Notes under the pieces: model-generated
The model's database searches: none
Told to the model about the DNA's origin: nothing
The model's input: only the letters and a program-made list of their open reading frames with translations
Shown here: in pieces, positions 1 to 12,487 of the stretch
Layout: the number at the start of each line of letters is the position of its first letter
Numbering within the stretch: position 1 is the first letter of the stretch
Source of the DNA: Tubiluchus corallicola
Taxonomy: Eukaryota > Animalia > Priapulida
Length of the DNA: 64,000 bases
Reading direction: 5' to 3'
NCBI GenBank assembly: GCA_030141605.1
Contig: JAQGDQ010000023.1
Location: forward strand, 806,001 to 870,000
Made by a program: the position numbers and the translations under genes

Positions 1-1910
1 GAAAGCGCATACGCGTCCGCATCCGGATGCCGCATAAACGCGAGTTTAGGCGTTATAATAGAAAATTCTGAAAACTTGCTTTTATAAAGTTCTAAGTGAA
101 TTTTTTAAAGTTCGGCCAGTCTTATCAGTTTGACTATGGTAAATCCGAAAAAACTGTTGCCGTTTTGAAAAGTTTGCGGAAAAAAGTCAAAAGCGCAAAA
201 GACTAAATGGTTGTTAAGTTTTTGCACAAACTATGTAAATTAAAATGATTCACAGAAAATTAATAGTAAAAAGCATTTATGAAATCTCTTCAAGTGTACT
301 TGGACCTAAGCAATCCATTTATGATTCATGCTGCTTTCATTTTAAAAATGGCCCCCGTTTTCAAAACGGTTGCCACACAAAACGAAATTATGCCGATCGG
401 CCGTGCATTTATATGAGCTGTAAAAATTTATTACGAATAACAAAAAGCAAATTATTTTTAGCAATTAGTCGTTGTTGAGCCTAAAAAACTGTTGTACGTT
501 TGTGTCGTCATATATCTTATGTCAAAATGAAAAATTCCCTCAGTTGTTTAAACCTGTGTTTTAATTTGTTAAGCAGAGCACATTTGAGTAACAGAGTTAA
601 AATTTTAAAGGTCAAAACGCTAATCAAATAGGGGTGGGGGTTGAAAAGAGAATAAACAATAGTGTTGGTTTCCATAAACATGCATAAAGATTAGTATTAA
701 CCTTCATCTTAGTGCTATAATCTTATACTAACCGTTAAAGTAGTGCAAAGTTTTCTGTTTTCTGATTGGCCCACCATATTGTAAACTACTAAAAAATCTG
801 GCATATTATAGAGCGGTCTAATTGCTTTTCAAGTTGCCAAATTTTTAATGGCATAATAGTAGTAAAAGACATCACCAACAGTTAGAGGTGGAACCCATAA
901 TTATTTGATTAGTATCCAAGCGCTTTCAAGCGAATAACGGAATCACCAGGGATCAGAACCGGCAAACTATAATTCAAGAAAACAAAAAATAAAAATGTAA
1001 TGATTACAGTGAGAAATGGAATGAATTCTAATGTGACAGTGACTAAATTTCAAATTATCTAGTGCAGTTGCAGTGGTGTTGAAAACGAACTTAAAATTTT
1101 GTAACCGAGTACTCAAAATCATGTAAGACCAAACTTGAAAGATCTACAATTTGAGTGGACGCCGTAGTGTGTAAATATAAAACATAACTAAACTAATTTT
1201 CTCTAATATGATCTAATGAAGCATTAAGGCATTAGTTAAAGTGTGCCAGGACTGGAATCTAGGATATTTTTATTTATGTTATGTTAATTTCTGTTGTCTT
1301 TATTTTTGCTGCAATGGTGGTTTTTCAAAAGTATGCACAAGCACAATCTTAAGTGGGCATAAAAATGCAAAATGCAAATAAATCAGAATCAAAATGTATT
1401 TGCTGTGGTAAGCCTGGTAGGTATACTTTGTCGGTAATGCAGCTAAGATTGGTCATGGGGTTAATTTTGAACGTACATGGTTACATGTCTACCATTATAT
1501 GATATGATGATTTAATCATGTCAATCAGTAAGTGGTATTACAATATTACCGATTTTAAGAGTGCTCTCATAATACGATTTTATGATTTCACGATTCTACG
1601 AAATTTTATAAAATCGGGTCTTGATGATGACGTCACTTCGACTCACTTGCCGAAAGAGTTTAAATAATACTAAAATAAGTATTGTTTTGCACCTCTATCA
1701 GTTGGTGCTGTCTTTCACTACAATTACTCTTATGAAATGGGATGTACGTCTCCAGTCGCTAAAATTTTCCCTGAATCAAGTTTCGTACGTGCAGACGACA
1801 GCACAGGCCAAGGTGCTTTTGGTGGTAATAGTAAAATACCGCTGCTGCTGCTGCTGCTGTTACTGATATTTTGTAGTTGTCGTCGTCAATGCCACAGCAT
1901 GTAGCATTAC

Positions 1911-2049
1911 CTGTAGCATGATGTATATTTCTGCATTTTTGATGGCTCGTCTCTGTTAGGAAATGAGTGACACTGACAACGCTGACAGACTCCCTCGGGG
2001 AACCATTTATCTTCAACCTCCATCTCATTGTTATTGCTGTCAAAGCACC
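1911..2049 (-). CDS. SVWC paralogue A exon 2
   Basis: AG/GT bounded, 139 nt, C-x13-W-x5-C-x2-C-x-C pattern. Confidence 0.85.
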
Positions 2050-2369
2050 CTATAAATTAGCGTTGTTTTTAAGTCATTAGATTTCTCGAAACGTTTCTCA
2101 CGTTCGGTCTTAACATCAACGTGTATTCTGTGCCAAAAATTAGCTAAAAAGGTATTAATTAATCAAATCCTCATTTGCATGACGTTTCCATACATAAATC
2201 TCGTTTTTGATGCAAATCCTTAAAGCCAGTACAAATAGGATAATGCTGGATTACAGTGTTACAGCATACGCTTTATTTTTAACTTACCTTGTTTTAGGTA
2301 CGTAGCACCTAAAACAATTTCGCAAAAAGCAAAGTTCATCAGCGCTCCAAAAATGATTTTCACGATCAT
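1911..2369 (-). CDS. Secreted SVWC (Vago/La1-like) protein, paralogue A; exons 1-2 only, remainder probably left of the window
   Basis: Exon 1 2369-2288 gives MIVKIIFGALMNFAFCEIVLGATYLKQ(G), signal-peptide-like, donor GTAAGT. Exon 2 2049-1911 gives CFDSNNNEMEVEDKWFPEGVCQRCQCHSFPNRDEPSKMQKYTSCY, acceptor TTTATAG, donor GTAATG. Intron phases (1,2) match paralogue B and exon 2 is about 26/46 aa identical by hand alignment. No exon 3 recognised in 1-1910. Confidence 0.85.
2288..2369 (-). CDS. SVWC paralogue A exon 1 (signal peptide)
   Basis: ATG at 2369, 27 codons +1 nt, donor GTAAGT; shares upstream AGTTCACAATG with paralogue B. Confidence 0.85.
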
Positions 2370-5300
2370 TGTGAACTGCTTCTACGTCTTGAAATATAAA
2401 ATTTTATTACACAACATCGACGTATGATCATGAGTCGATCGTAAAACAAATGAAAATGTAATTAAAAATGTAATCACATATAAATGAACTGTTATAGTTG
2501 AAGACACTTGGCTAAATTGTGATCAGAAGATATAAATTCAAAACAACTCAGTACTGCAATGCGCTGATTAGTTTTGTTCTTTTGTACAATTCATTCAAAA
2601 AAGAATTTTGCTCTAAAAACTGGAATGCATTGTATCTGACGCACAAAGTGTAGTACATTTAATACGAAAGACAGATTACTACGAGTTCAAATTCTACCTT
2701 ATTCAATACCTTATCCAAATAAATAAAAATGTATATATATATTTAAGCATCCAGATGGTAACTATCTGTAAGAGATCCTCTCTCAGTTCTCTACACGCTA
2801 GTGATGGCTTAATATTGTTCATGCTCTTTATATGCTTTTTTTACTTTTTCATTATTGTACTTTTGTGCCTAAATAAACAATACAAATATATAATATATAT
2901 AATATCAATATCAAGACGGTTGGTGATGAAAGGCGATTCCACGGATCAACTACATGTATACGAAGCCCAAAGAAGTGAGATTTGATGTTCGTTCTAGCTG
3001 GTTACACAAATAACTTAGACTTATGACAACGAAGAATTCTGTGAGGCCTATGAAAAGTCTGTCTTTATCAAAATAGAGTTTCCACTAATTATTTTTAAGC
3101 AGTTCACAAAGTATTCCAACAAAGTATACAACCGACGCGTATTCCAAAATGAGTCGAACAACAGAACAACAGCTTTATAAAGAAGTATAATTACAGCTGC
3201 ATTGCTCCATATAATACAACTCTTATTCATGCCAATGCGATGCATTGCTTTTGAAATGATTTGGTTCACATGGGAATTCCACGTAAGGCTGTTGGAAAAT
3301 GGAAATTATTATTTCCAAGAAGTAATACAACTTTTTAGGTATTTATGCACTGTTAAAAAGTAGGTATTTCATTGATCAGTAGTAGCACTATCTATCAATT
3401 AAATGTCTTAAATCGAGTGTGAGAAGGAACCGCAACCGAGTTCAACTCTAGGTCTCTATGTAAGATTGAACTTAGTTGATAAAACTTTTCTGCATCTCGG
3501 CCAAAGATAAACGCATAAAATGTAGCCATACATGTGTCACTCGAAACCTGTCACATACAAAAATTCGGCAGTTTCAATAAATTCAATAAATAAACCTTCC
3601 ATTTTATTTGGTGCTGATATGTTAGGACATAAACACAATATGTTTAGACGCGCTGAGTGATCATTGATTAAATATTGCATTTGGGCGAGGTAAAAATTTT
3701 CTCAGAATATAAAAGTGCATATCGTACATAATGGAATGTAATATAGTCATATAGATACTCTAGCTTAAACAGTTTAATAGCAACAATGATATCAAGAAAA
3801 CTAAATAAACAAGCATACACGCCATTATAGTATATAATTTTCATGGAATATAATGCGAAATATTGCCAGAAACTAAAATTATTATTTGCAAAAGCCGTTC
3901 CATCCTGAAGCCACTCAAGTCAACTGAAGCCAGGTTTTGCTTTTTATATGAACTGCTGCGAAGACTTCACAGAGAAGATTAATAATTACTGTCATGTTTT
4001 ATTGCTGTTAATAAAGACTTCGTAAAAACTAATATAAGCTAGATGTGCTGGCTACTATCAACTCTGGTCATCTTTATTACTGTTGCGGTTGACAAGGAGG
4101 TCTCCCGGAGAGGCATCGGTTCTAAAAGATTCAAGGAAAATTTCTCAAGTTTGGTTTAGGCCTACCACTTTATTTGACAAAGTATGTTATATTGTCATTG
4201 ATGCGTACTACAAATTGCCATTAATTTGAAGCCGTGATTATTGCAAAATCAAATGAATTACAGATTTTTGTGACTAAATTTTCTCATCAAATTTAGTCAT
4301 AATACATTTTCAGTGAGAAATCATTCAAGAAATGAAATTCACGTATATGTGTCAGAAGAAAATTTAGTCAAAAAGATTAAATAATATATAGTCATCAACA
4401 CCGATGTAAACTCATTAGACAGCAGTTGTAAAAAGCCTGCAAATTTTTATTCTAATTATTGTTTCTATGAATATTTCAAACTATTTTCAGTGAAGTTAAT
4501 GAACAAAATTTTGAATAACTGCTACAGGTAATTTTGACCAAGAGTTTAAAAATTGATGTTATACTGAGACTGCGAACGAGATTACAGAATCAGCAATAAT
4601 TATATTAGCGTAACACATTAAAACTATAAATTTACTACAGCTTAGCTTAACGTCTGGCACTGTATTTATTTAAGGTTACATAGACCAAATGTGCTAGTGA
4701 GACACTACGTGGAATGTGCACGTGTTATTGATATTGGCGGAAGGTCACATTGATGACCTGAGGTGTGACTTTTTAATCCTGAACTTTTCACATTAGAGAT
4801 GACGAATCAATCTCGACCATCGTTTGGACGTCGTACAAAACTGATTTTTAAACACTGCATAAAAATCAACGGTACATACATTGTTATAAAATATCTATCT
4901 ATCTATGAAATGGAAAAATTATGCGAAGTTTTTTTCAAAGAAAAATACCTGAATCTATATCTAATATTTTGAATATCCTCCTAACCGTTACTACAGAAGC
5001 AAATAACGTTACATAACCAGTGAATGTTTAGAATTTTGTTTAATTATCGTACATGTGTGCTAATATTTGCCCAGTCTTAATGAAAATTACTTAAAGTTGA
5101 CTTCATTTTTTCGACCTTACATCATTATTACGGTGAAGCGGGGTAATATGAACCCTTTGGGACAAATTTTGAATTTGCTCTTTCACAAATATTTGCACAG
5201 TTAGTTTATAAGTGCTGAAGAACGTATTAAGCTAGAAAACGAGCTATTTATTGAACACTTCTGTAGTTAAGTATATTAGTGCTAAGAGTAAAATTACATT

Positions 5301-5379
5301 TCAGAACCATTTAGTCACAAACATTACAAAACGTAACCATAAGAGTTATTAAGCTCTACATAATCATTTTCAGTTGAAC

Positions 5380-5479
5380 TTATTGTTCGGGAAATAAAAA
5401 ATTTTCCAAGTAATTCCTGTAATTCGGAACATTGTTTCTGAGTTCATCAAGGTGTCGCCACATGTTGTACTGAAGGTAT
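5380..5479 (-). CDS. SVWC paralogue B exon 4 (C-terminal tail)
   Basis: Acceptor TTATTTTACAG, phase-2 compatible, open to TAA at 5380; polyA signal about 130 nt downstream. Confidence 0.65.
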
Positions 5480-8444
5480 CTGTAAAATAAACAAAATGTT
5501 ATTAATATTAAGTTTGAATTTCAACTCATACTTATAGTATCTATTGTGATTACTATGGTATTATGTTTGCGAAAAAAATTTTATTTTCGTCTTAGAAACT
5601 TGCTTGGTTTCCATCGCATTAGCAAACCAAGCAACTAAATTGGCAGATACAGTATAGCAACCATTCATTAACAATTCATACTGGCCATATGATTATCAAC
5701 CAGCGAGCACGCAGACAAACTGATCAGTCTGCTAGACAGTGAAATAATAACCGATTAAGTCAGCCAAGCATTTAAACAAATTACTAATCAGTTAACCAAC
5801 CAACCAACCCAATTAACCAATCCATCAATCAACCAGCCAAAGACAGCTAGTCAGCAAACAGACAAACCAACCCACCAAGAACCTACCAGCATTCAGCCAG
5901 CTAGACAACCAACCAGACAACAAAGCAGCAAAAGGCAATTCCAACAACCTGTCAGTGTACAATGAACAAATAAACGAAGCAACAACATATTCTGCTAATG
6001 CAAAGTAACTAGTGAAAATATGCAATTTAAACCTCAAATAATGATCCTCGTTCCACTCATCATCACCTTCACATAATATGACGTCACAACACTCAGGGTA
6101 AGTTTTTTCTTTGAATCTTGTCATGTAACAGCCGATCTGCCATATTGGCGCCACTTTGCCGCAGCTATAAAAGAAAACAACATGAATTAACATTTCTGCA
6201 CATTCATAAATAAAGTATAACAGTGAAAAGACCAAGCAGGCATGTAACATTTAACCATGAAATAACATTTAGGCATTTGTATATTAAAAATTCTAATAAA
6301 AGAACAATATGTAAGTTTGTTAAAAATTTTGAGAATTGTAAGTGTAACTGAAAATAAAAAATAATAAAATTTTTGCTGCTCGGGTTTGTGCCAAAATCAG
6401 GAACTATATAATCATAATATAATCACAAGGGCATCTATTTCTCGATTACTTAAGTCCACTCTTGTCAACCATTTACTACTCAACTTACTGCTCTATTAGT
6501 CATAAGTATGTGTGTTACTTTTAATTTACTTTTCTTAGATTCTGAGTATGTGTTTATAATACATGTTTGTGTTAGATATGTGTTACATATAAGTGTTGGT
6601 TGATAAGCTTTTAAATATATATATTTAGAAAGGTTGGACGACCAAAGAAACGCTTCAAAGACAGCCTGAAGGCATCACTCAAGGAGTTCAGCATGGATAT
6701 CCGCTCAATGGAAACCCTTGCACAAGATCGCTCAGCATGGCGGAGTGCCATCACCTGAGGGGCTAAGACAGCAGAGGCAAAAATAATTGAGGAGGCAGAG
6801 GAGAAGCGCAGGAGACGCAAGGCATGTGACACTGCTCAACAACAGGTCAAAACACCCAGCCTCACCTGTGCCAAATGCCAAAGAAGTTTAAAGGCCAGAA
6901 TTGGCCTAGTCAGTCACCTTTGAGCTCATTAAAGGAATGACAACCCCCAAACTGACCCTTTATCCCTGTCACTATGGTCATCTTCGATTCGAAGGACGAA
7001 CATCATCACATATAAGTGTGCTATGGTAAAAATAAATATAGTAGATTAAAGCTTAGATGACTGACTGATGCGAGAACTACGGAGACATTTCAACCTCGAA
7101 TCTTTTGTTTAATGTACAACTAATTAGTATTGCAGTGCCAAGCTAAATTGCATTTTTGTGTGCTTTTTATGCATTGTAATTTTACATTCTTATTACACAG
7201 TGAAATGTATTATGAGTTAATGGCACTACGACTATTCTATACATGATTGTACATTTGATTTCTAACATCTGTAAGCAACGGAATAGCAACATTATTTGCA
7301 AATATTACCAATTTAAATGCCGCTAACTGATTGAATTTTTGCCTACGTATTTTTTGTATATTCACATTACTTGCGTAAGCTTTTGTTGTTATGTCATTTG
7401 TATGAGTTGATGCTGAAGTAAAAAAAGTTATTCGGCTGTACTTTCTAAAGATTTCTAACCAATATAATTTCCCAAACGAAAGAAAATCATTGTGTTACGC
7501 TTGCAATAGTGTGTCAATCCGAAAGAACAACGGTTTTGTTTTAAACTCAACTAGAGTCTGGAGAGTGTAGAGGATCATCAGCAGTTTGCATGAAACTACT
7601 TAATCCAAAACCTATTAATTAGAGAATTTCAAGTGGGAATGGAATCCACATTAATCAAAATAGCTTCATTGTAAGAACACCTGTAGCAAGAAGCATATTT
7701 CTGCAGTTGTATTTGTCCAGCAGAAGGCGTGGGAAACGTATTACACTCGCAACGTTGACAGACTCCCTCTGGGTACCATTCATCTCCCTCTTCCAACTCC
7801 CTGTTATTGCGGTCAAAACATCCTGTAAATTAACATCCTTCGTAAATTTTTTGCAATAAATAATTTTAGACGTTTGTTTAATGTTCTGCCCGGCAGTTTG
7901 AAGTTTGTTGCTTTAGGTACAGTGAATTTGAAAGTAGAAAAGATGTTTTAGTAAGCAGCGATCGTGAGCTTAACCTCTACAGATGGTCATACCTTGTTTT
8001 CCAATACATTATGGCATTATAGTAGAAAATGAAAATAGAGGCCGTATGTTGCCAATTGCTTTACTAGCTCTTGTGAAAATCGCCACTAACATCATCGTCC
8101 CTTCCTGATCATCACTGCCCCTTTTCTTCGACGCATAATGGGGAATAAAGGACATCTCGTACACGCAACACGAGTAAGAAATTTGTTGATTCGAGCAAAG
8201 TTATTAAAGGCAAGCGTTTCGGTAATAATAATCTAAAAGTTTTTATGTGTTTCCTGGGTATCGACTACTCTGGACCTGGCAGGCATTACAAGGCTCAAAT
8301 CATGCAGCATGCAAAAAAACAAATCCACAATTAAAATATAACAGCGCATTGTGACTTACCTCGATTGTCAAAAAACGTAGCGCCTCGGGCCACCTCGCAA
8401 AAGGTATAGATCACCATTAGACCAAAAACGACTTTCGTGAACAT
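5380..8444 (-). CDS. Secreted SVWC (Vago/La1-like) protein, paralogue B, complete, 152 aa
   Basis: join(8444-8360, 7822-7681, 6164-6033, 5479-5380); all introns GT-AG with consistent phases 1,2,2. Protein MFTKVVFGLMVIYTFCEVARG/ATFFDNRGCFDRNNRELEEGDEWYPEGVCQRCECNTFPTPSAGQIQLQKYASCYSCGKVAPIWQIGCYMTRFKEKTYPECCDVILCEGDDEWNEDHYLRYLQYNMWRHLDELRNNVPNYRNYLENFLFPEQ*. W..CxxCxC, CxxCG and YPxCC motifs are typical of SVWC domains. AATAAA on the minus strand near 5247-5252. Confidence 0.85.
5790..5930. repeat. Degenerate (AACC/CAGC/AGAC)n low-complexity tetranucleotide tract
   Basis: aaccaaccaaccaaccc...cagccagctagacaaccaaccagac seen directly. Confidence 0.7.
6033..6164 (-). CDS. SVWC paralogue B exon 3 (YPECC motif)
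   Basis: Acceptor TTTTCTTTTATAG; CGKVAPIWQIGCYMTRFKEKTYPECCDVILC; donor GTTTAA (weak). Confidence 0.8.
6597..7007 (+). mobile_element. 5'-truncated RTE-clade LINE 3' end in intron 2 of SVWC paralogue B
   Basis: Translates RKVGRPKKRFKDSLKASLKEF...LAQDRSAWRSAI*...CAKCQRSLKARIGLVSHL (RTE C-terminus, 2 in-frame stops); short (CAT)n tail; 12-bp target-site duplication ACATATAAGTGT at 6585-6596 and 7008-7019. Confidence 0.9.
7681..7822 (-). CDS. SVWC paralogue B exon 2
   Basis: Acceptor TTTACAG, donor GTGTTC; homologous to 1911-2049. Confidence 0.85.
8360..8444 (-). CDS. SVWC paralogue B exon 1 (signal peptide)
   Basis: ATG at 8444, 28 codons +1 nt, donor GTAAGT. Confidence 0.85.
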
Positions 8445-10076
8445 TGTGAACTATATGAATTACACCTCAACATTAGCAATATATCATAACACTGATAAAA
8501 ACGTGTGAAGTCAGCTAATTGAAAAACTACTGTTAAAATTCGGAAATATCTATAATAAATTTAGTCGTCTGCATACCGTTTCAGTTATATTTTATAATAA
8601 ATTTTCACAGATTTTCTGTTCAAGAGATACATACTTGTACATACTCATTGTACTTACATTGAAGTATTTAGTTACAGAAAAACAAAAAACAACAAAAGAA
8701 CAGAGAAAAGTCATATACTTTTTCACACCCAAATGAATAATTGAAATAATTATTTTTAAAAGGCTTATAGATAGTTTACTAGCGTCTAGCTCCCGTAATG
8801 ACAAAATATGATTACATAAAAAGCACGTAAAATATTTCTGAAACTCAGACACGTGTGGCTACTAGACAGATCATAGACATAAATACAATTAAATTTTTTG
8901 TTTTGTAGTACAGTTCACGGAAACTTGTGATAATGATGCGTAAAATTTCAGGTTTCTGCAATTGATTTATGATACTCGTCGTCTTTCAGTGCCTTTAGCT
9001 AAAGGCAGGTTGACTCCTGGAGCGAATACGTAAAATTTTATAAGGAAATTTTCTAGGTGGAACTTGTTTTTCCTTTGCTTAAACAAGTCAAAATACAGAG
9101 GTGTAACTTGCATACTCCCGGTTGTTAAAGCTACTGATGAACAGTTCAAGGATAAAGAAAAGCTACTAAAATTGTATAGTGACTCTATTTCCTAAACAGA
9201 TTTACAATAATACATGTGCATACTTATCGAATTTGTTATGTATTAATTTTCTTTGCTTTATACGCCTGCATTACTATCTATAAGGTGGGTAATTATTTGC
9301 ATAATTAATGCAAGAGGCCGCAAATATAAAGACAGAACCCGCTAAGTCTGTCGACCTTCACGCCACATACATAGATGACAAGAGATGTTCCCTGTTGTTG
9401 AAATTCTGAATTATTACGACGTATGTTGCGATGTTGACATCATTGCCTGCATTATGATACTTACTAGAGTAGCCGAAACGTCGCATTTAATAAAAAATAA
9501 AAAATGCACAATATGAGCACAGATGATTGCGTAGGGGTTTGAAACAGTTGTGTTTTAGTCAGTTCATTTTGGGTTAATCAACAACCAAACTCCAACGACA
9601 ATATATGCAGAAGCACAGTGGCCAGATACTGATCGAGGTCTGCGGACGTTGTATTTTGGTCAGAAGGATAAAATCATACGTAAAATAAATTGTGTTGTTT
9701 ATCAACTTTTTGTAATAACATTAAATATTAAAGGTCTTATGACACCCTAGTAGATATGTGCTGTCAAAATTTACTACTGATTCAAAAAAACGGTTTCACT
9801 TCATTATAAACATTTTACTCTAATTTGCATTGAAACACTTCAAATTTAGCGCCGTACAGACATCTTGCGAAAATGAAAACTCGGGGAAGAAAGCGAGAGT
9901 GGCGTCCTGTTAAGAACGACACTGAAGGCATATGCGACTGTTGCTGTATTTAGTTCTATTTACATGTGCATACGATATTTGATTCTTTTTTGCTTTAAAG
10001 TTTCTTTTTTATAGTTACTGTGCATTTGCATTCAGTTTCATTTAATTTTGGTGATCTTTACTAGTTTTTTTTTATA

Positions 10077-10352
10077 ATGGTCAGTCGCTGCGTGGCTGGA
10101 TATTGCTCAAATTCAGCACTTGACCGATTTAGTGTACACCGTTTTTCCAAAAGAACCTTCATTGGGAAAAAATGGATTCCGTTCGTAAGGCATTGCCGAA
10201 GGGATCATTGGGTGAAAAATTATTTCGACTTTCGCCTCATGCTGTAATTTATTCAGCGCATTTTGAAAACTCGTATTTTCAAGATGAACCGCTTCGATGG
10301 GATTAGTGTCCGGTGCAAAAAAATTCTAAAGACTGGATCCGTTCCAACATTA
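10077..10352 (+). pseudogene. Decayed THAP zinc-finger domain (DNA-transposon derived; Kolobok/P-like)
   Basis: MVSRCVAGYCSNS..SVHRF(P)K...KKW..FV...W...VIYSAHFE...KILKTGSVPTL across frameshifts and stops; matches THAP C-x4-C..FP..W..HF..VP signature. TTAA|AGG at 9728-9734 upstream resembles a Kolobok terminus. Confidence 0.7.
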
Positions 10353-11389
10353 ACGAACAAACCTAGGCAAGATGGGTCCTTTAAGTGTCCGTATGCAGAT
10401 TGATTCGGTCCACTTTTGCATTCACCTCATTGCTACAAACTGTCACTCCAACACGATCTCTTCTCACCTACCGGGGTTTGCACACTATCATCTCTTAATC
10501 ATCCACACATTAATCCCTGACTGTCTCAAATGCTCTTTACAACCAATATTGCATGTCATCCAGACTTCTGAGAAATCTTGTATAATACTCAGATACTGAC
10601 ACCTGCGACATTGGATTTTGGTCATATTCTGACTGTTGTTCAACAGGTAAATTCTGACATCTGTGGACGAAACAGTATCTGGAACGTGACACGGTGTGGA
10701 CTCTTAGCCAGGAACTCTGAAGGTAGGAGCTATCGTGTCCTGTCTCAGCGTAGACTTCATCTGCGTCGTTGGCTTGGATCAACCTCTGAAGCTCAGAACA
10801 GCTCGTACTGTATTAGGAACAGGACTGGACCAATTACAGGGACTCGTAAATTGGCCAGTCCCAGAGTTAAGTGATTTTATATATTACATGTATGGTTATA
10901 ATAATCTTGTACTTAATTGTTGAAAGCTGTACATTGTTATTAAAGGAACAGTTGTCACTAAACTATTTTTGAACTTGCTGAAGTTGTACTGATGCACTGT
11001 AGTTGCGAAATTCCGTTGGTTGATTATAATCTCACTTTGTGAATCTATTTGAATTGTTATTGTCAAAAAAATTAGTTTTTTCAAACCTGTGTAAATAATA
11101 AACCGTATATACGTAACCTCTGGTATTCGTCATAGCCATTCCGACCAAGCCAAAGCTCCCGTAGTGCTTTACTACCATTATAAAAAGAACGGTAAAAGTT
11201 GTGTAATATGAAGTCCGTGCTTTGTGTTAACATTAAGCGCACTTGTAAGACCTAGTTAGTATTAGAGATAGGTGACATCAGCTGCACCCATTTCTTAGAA
11301 ACAGTAAACAGCGGAATGACCCCCGCTGTGCTGTTTTCCTGGAAACAGCAGTGACCAGCTGCGCCCATTTCACACTTTACAGTTATGAC

Positions 11390-11885
11390 TGTTAAGACAA
11401 GTTCCAACTTGTCTCCATAACAGTTGAATGTAGTATCATGTTTTGCAAACATCCTGCCACTTGTTCAGCATCTTTCACCAGCATTTGCACATGCGGATGT
11501 TTGAAAGCTAGCTAGCTGTGCCAAATTTACCAATCAGTATCCTTGTTACAAATACAGCTGATAGTCCCGCCTACTTTGCCAGTCAGCATTCAGCTGCATT
11601 GACCAATCAGTGTTAAACTGATCATTGACCAGTAAGTCAGTAGAAGGCAGTTCTAAAAATAGAACTGATGCCATGAACTAAAAATAGCACGCTCAGTGGT
11701 GCATATATAAGCAGCAGCTGCAAAGACAGTTAGGATTACAGTTTTGACTTGTACTAATATTGTGTGCTCACTCTTGCTCTTTACTCCTTAATGCTATAAT
11801 TATGACCGATGTTACTGTATTACAATAAAATATACTATCTCACCATTTGTATTTAGATTCAATGTTTTTACATATAGACTTAACA
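11390..11885 (+). mobile_element. Possible solo LTR
   Basis: TGTTAAG...CTTAACA termini, two ACCAATCAG (CCAAT) boxes, TATATAA near 11704 and AATAAA near 11825; no target-site duplication found. Confidence 0.3.
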
Positions 11886-12414
11886 CCATTTAGAGGACAA
11901 CACGTGTCGTTATTTATTTATTTTTAGCTCTTTTTTGATTATTTTTTTATTTAACGTCACATCATCTCAAAATAGCATAGTGCCCACATACATTGTTTTA
12001 CATTACACATCAACTATACCCACTGTTTTACATGTGAAAAAAGACTCTAGTGTTTCTGATATTTAAATGCTGCATTCCTATGAGTATGTAAGGTTTACGA
12101 AAAAAACTATAACTGGCAGTCGCTAATAAAGGCCTTAAGTATACAAGAAAAGAATGCAAGAACAGCAAATTAATGATGGTGGTAATAATGCTGATAAAGA
12201 TGACAATTCTGATGATGCTGGCAAAATGATGGTTTTGATGCTGATAGCACAATAATGATGACAATTGTGATGATGCACCAAGATCGATAGCCAAATCTAT
12301 AAGGACTAACCCATCAGATCATTTCAAAATTAATCAACTAACGATGTAATAAACCTACAATTATAACATTTTGCAACCAAATTTGACCAAAAAGAAAGAA
12401 AAGTGAAAAAGTCA

Positions 12415-12487
12415 TGATTGAGTCTAGACTTGAACCAAGGACTTTTGGTTTACAAGTTCGATGCTTTGACTGCTAAACTAAATAGCC
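12415..12487 (-). mobile_element. tRNA-derived SINE head (degenerate)
   Basis: Minus strand GGCTATTTAGTTTAGCAGTCAAAGC...TTGTAAAC...GGTTCAAGTC: A-box/B-box spacing without an intact cloverleaf. Confidence 0.55.

Noticed and set aside
1-660. Palindromic GCATCCGGATGC and TE-like sequence at the left edge
   Set aside because: Probably part of a repeat, but termini cannot be defined inside the window.
1759-2043. 94-aa minus-strand ORF from the track
   Set aside because: Wrong frame; the real exon (1911-2049) is read in another frame as the SVWC domain.
3272-3281. kappaB-like site GGGAATTCCA upstream of SVWC paralogue A
   Set aside because: A single short motif expected by chance; not clearly conserved upstream of paralogue B.
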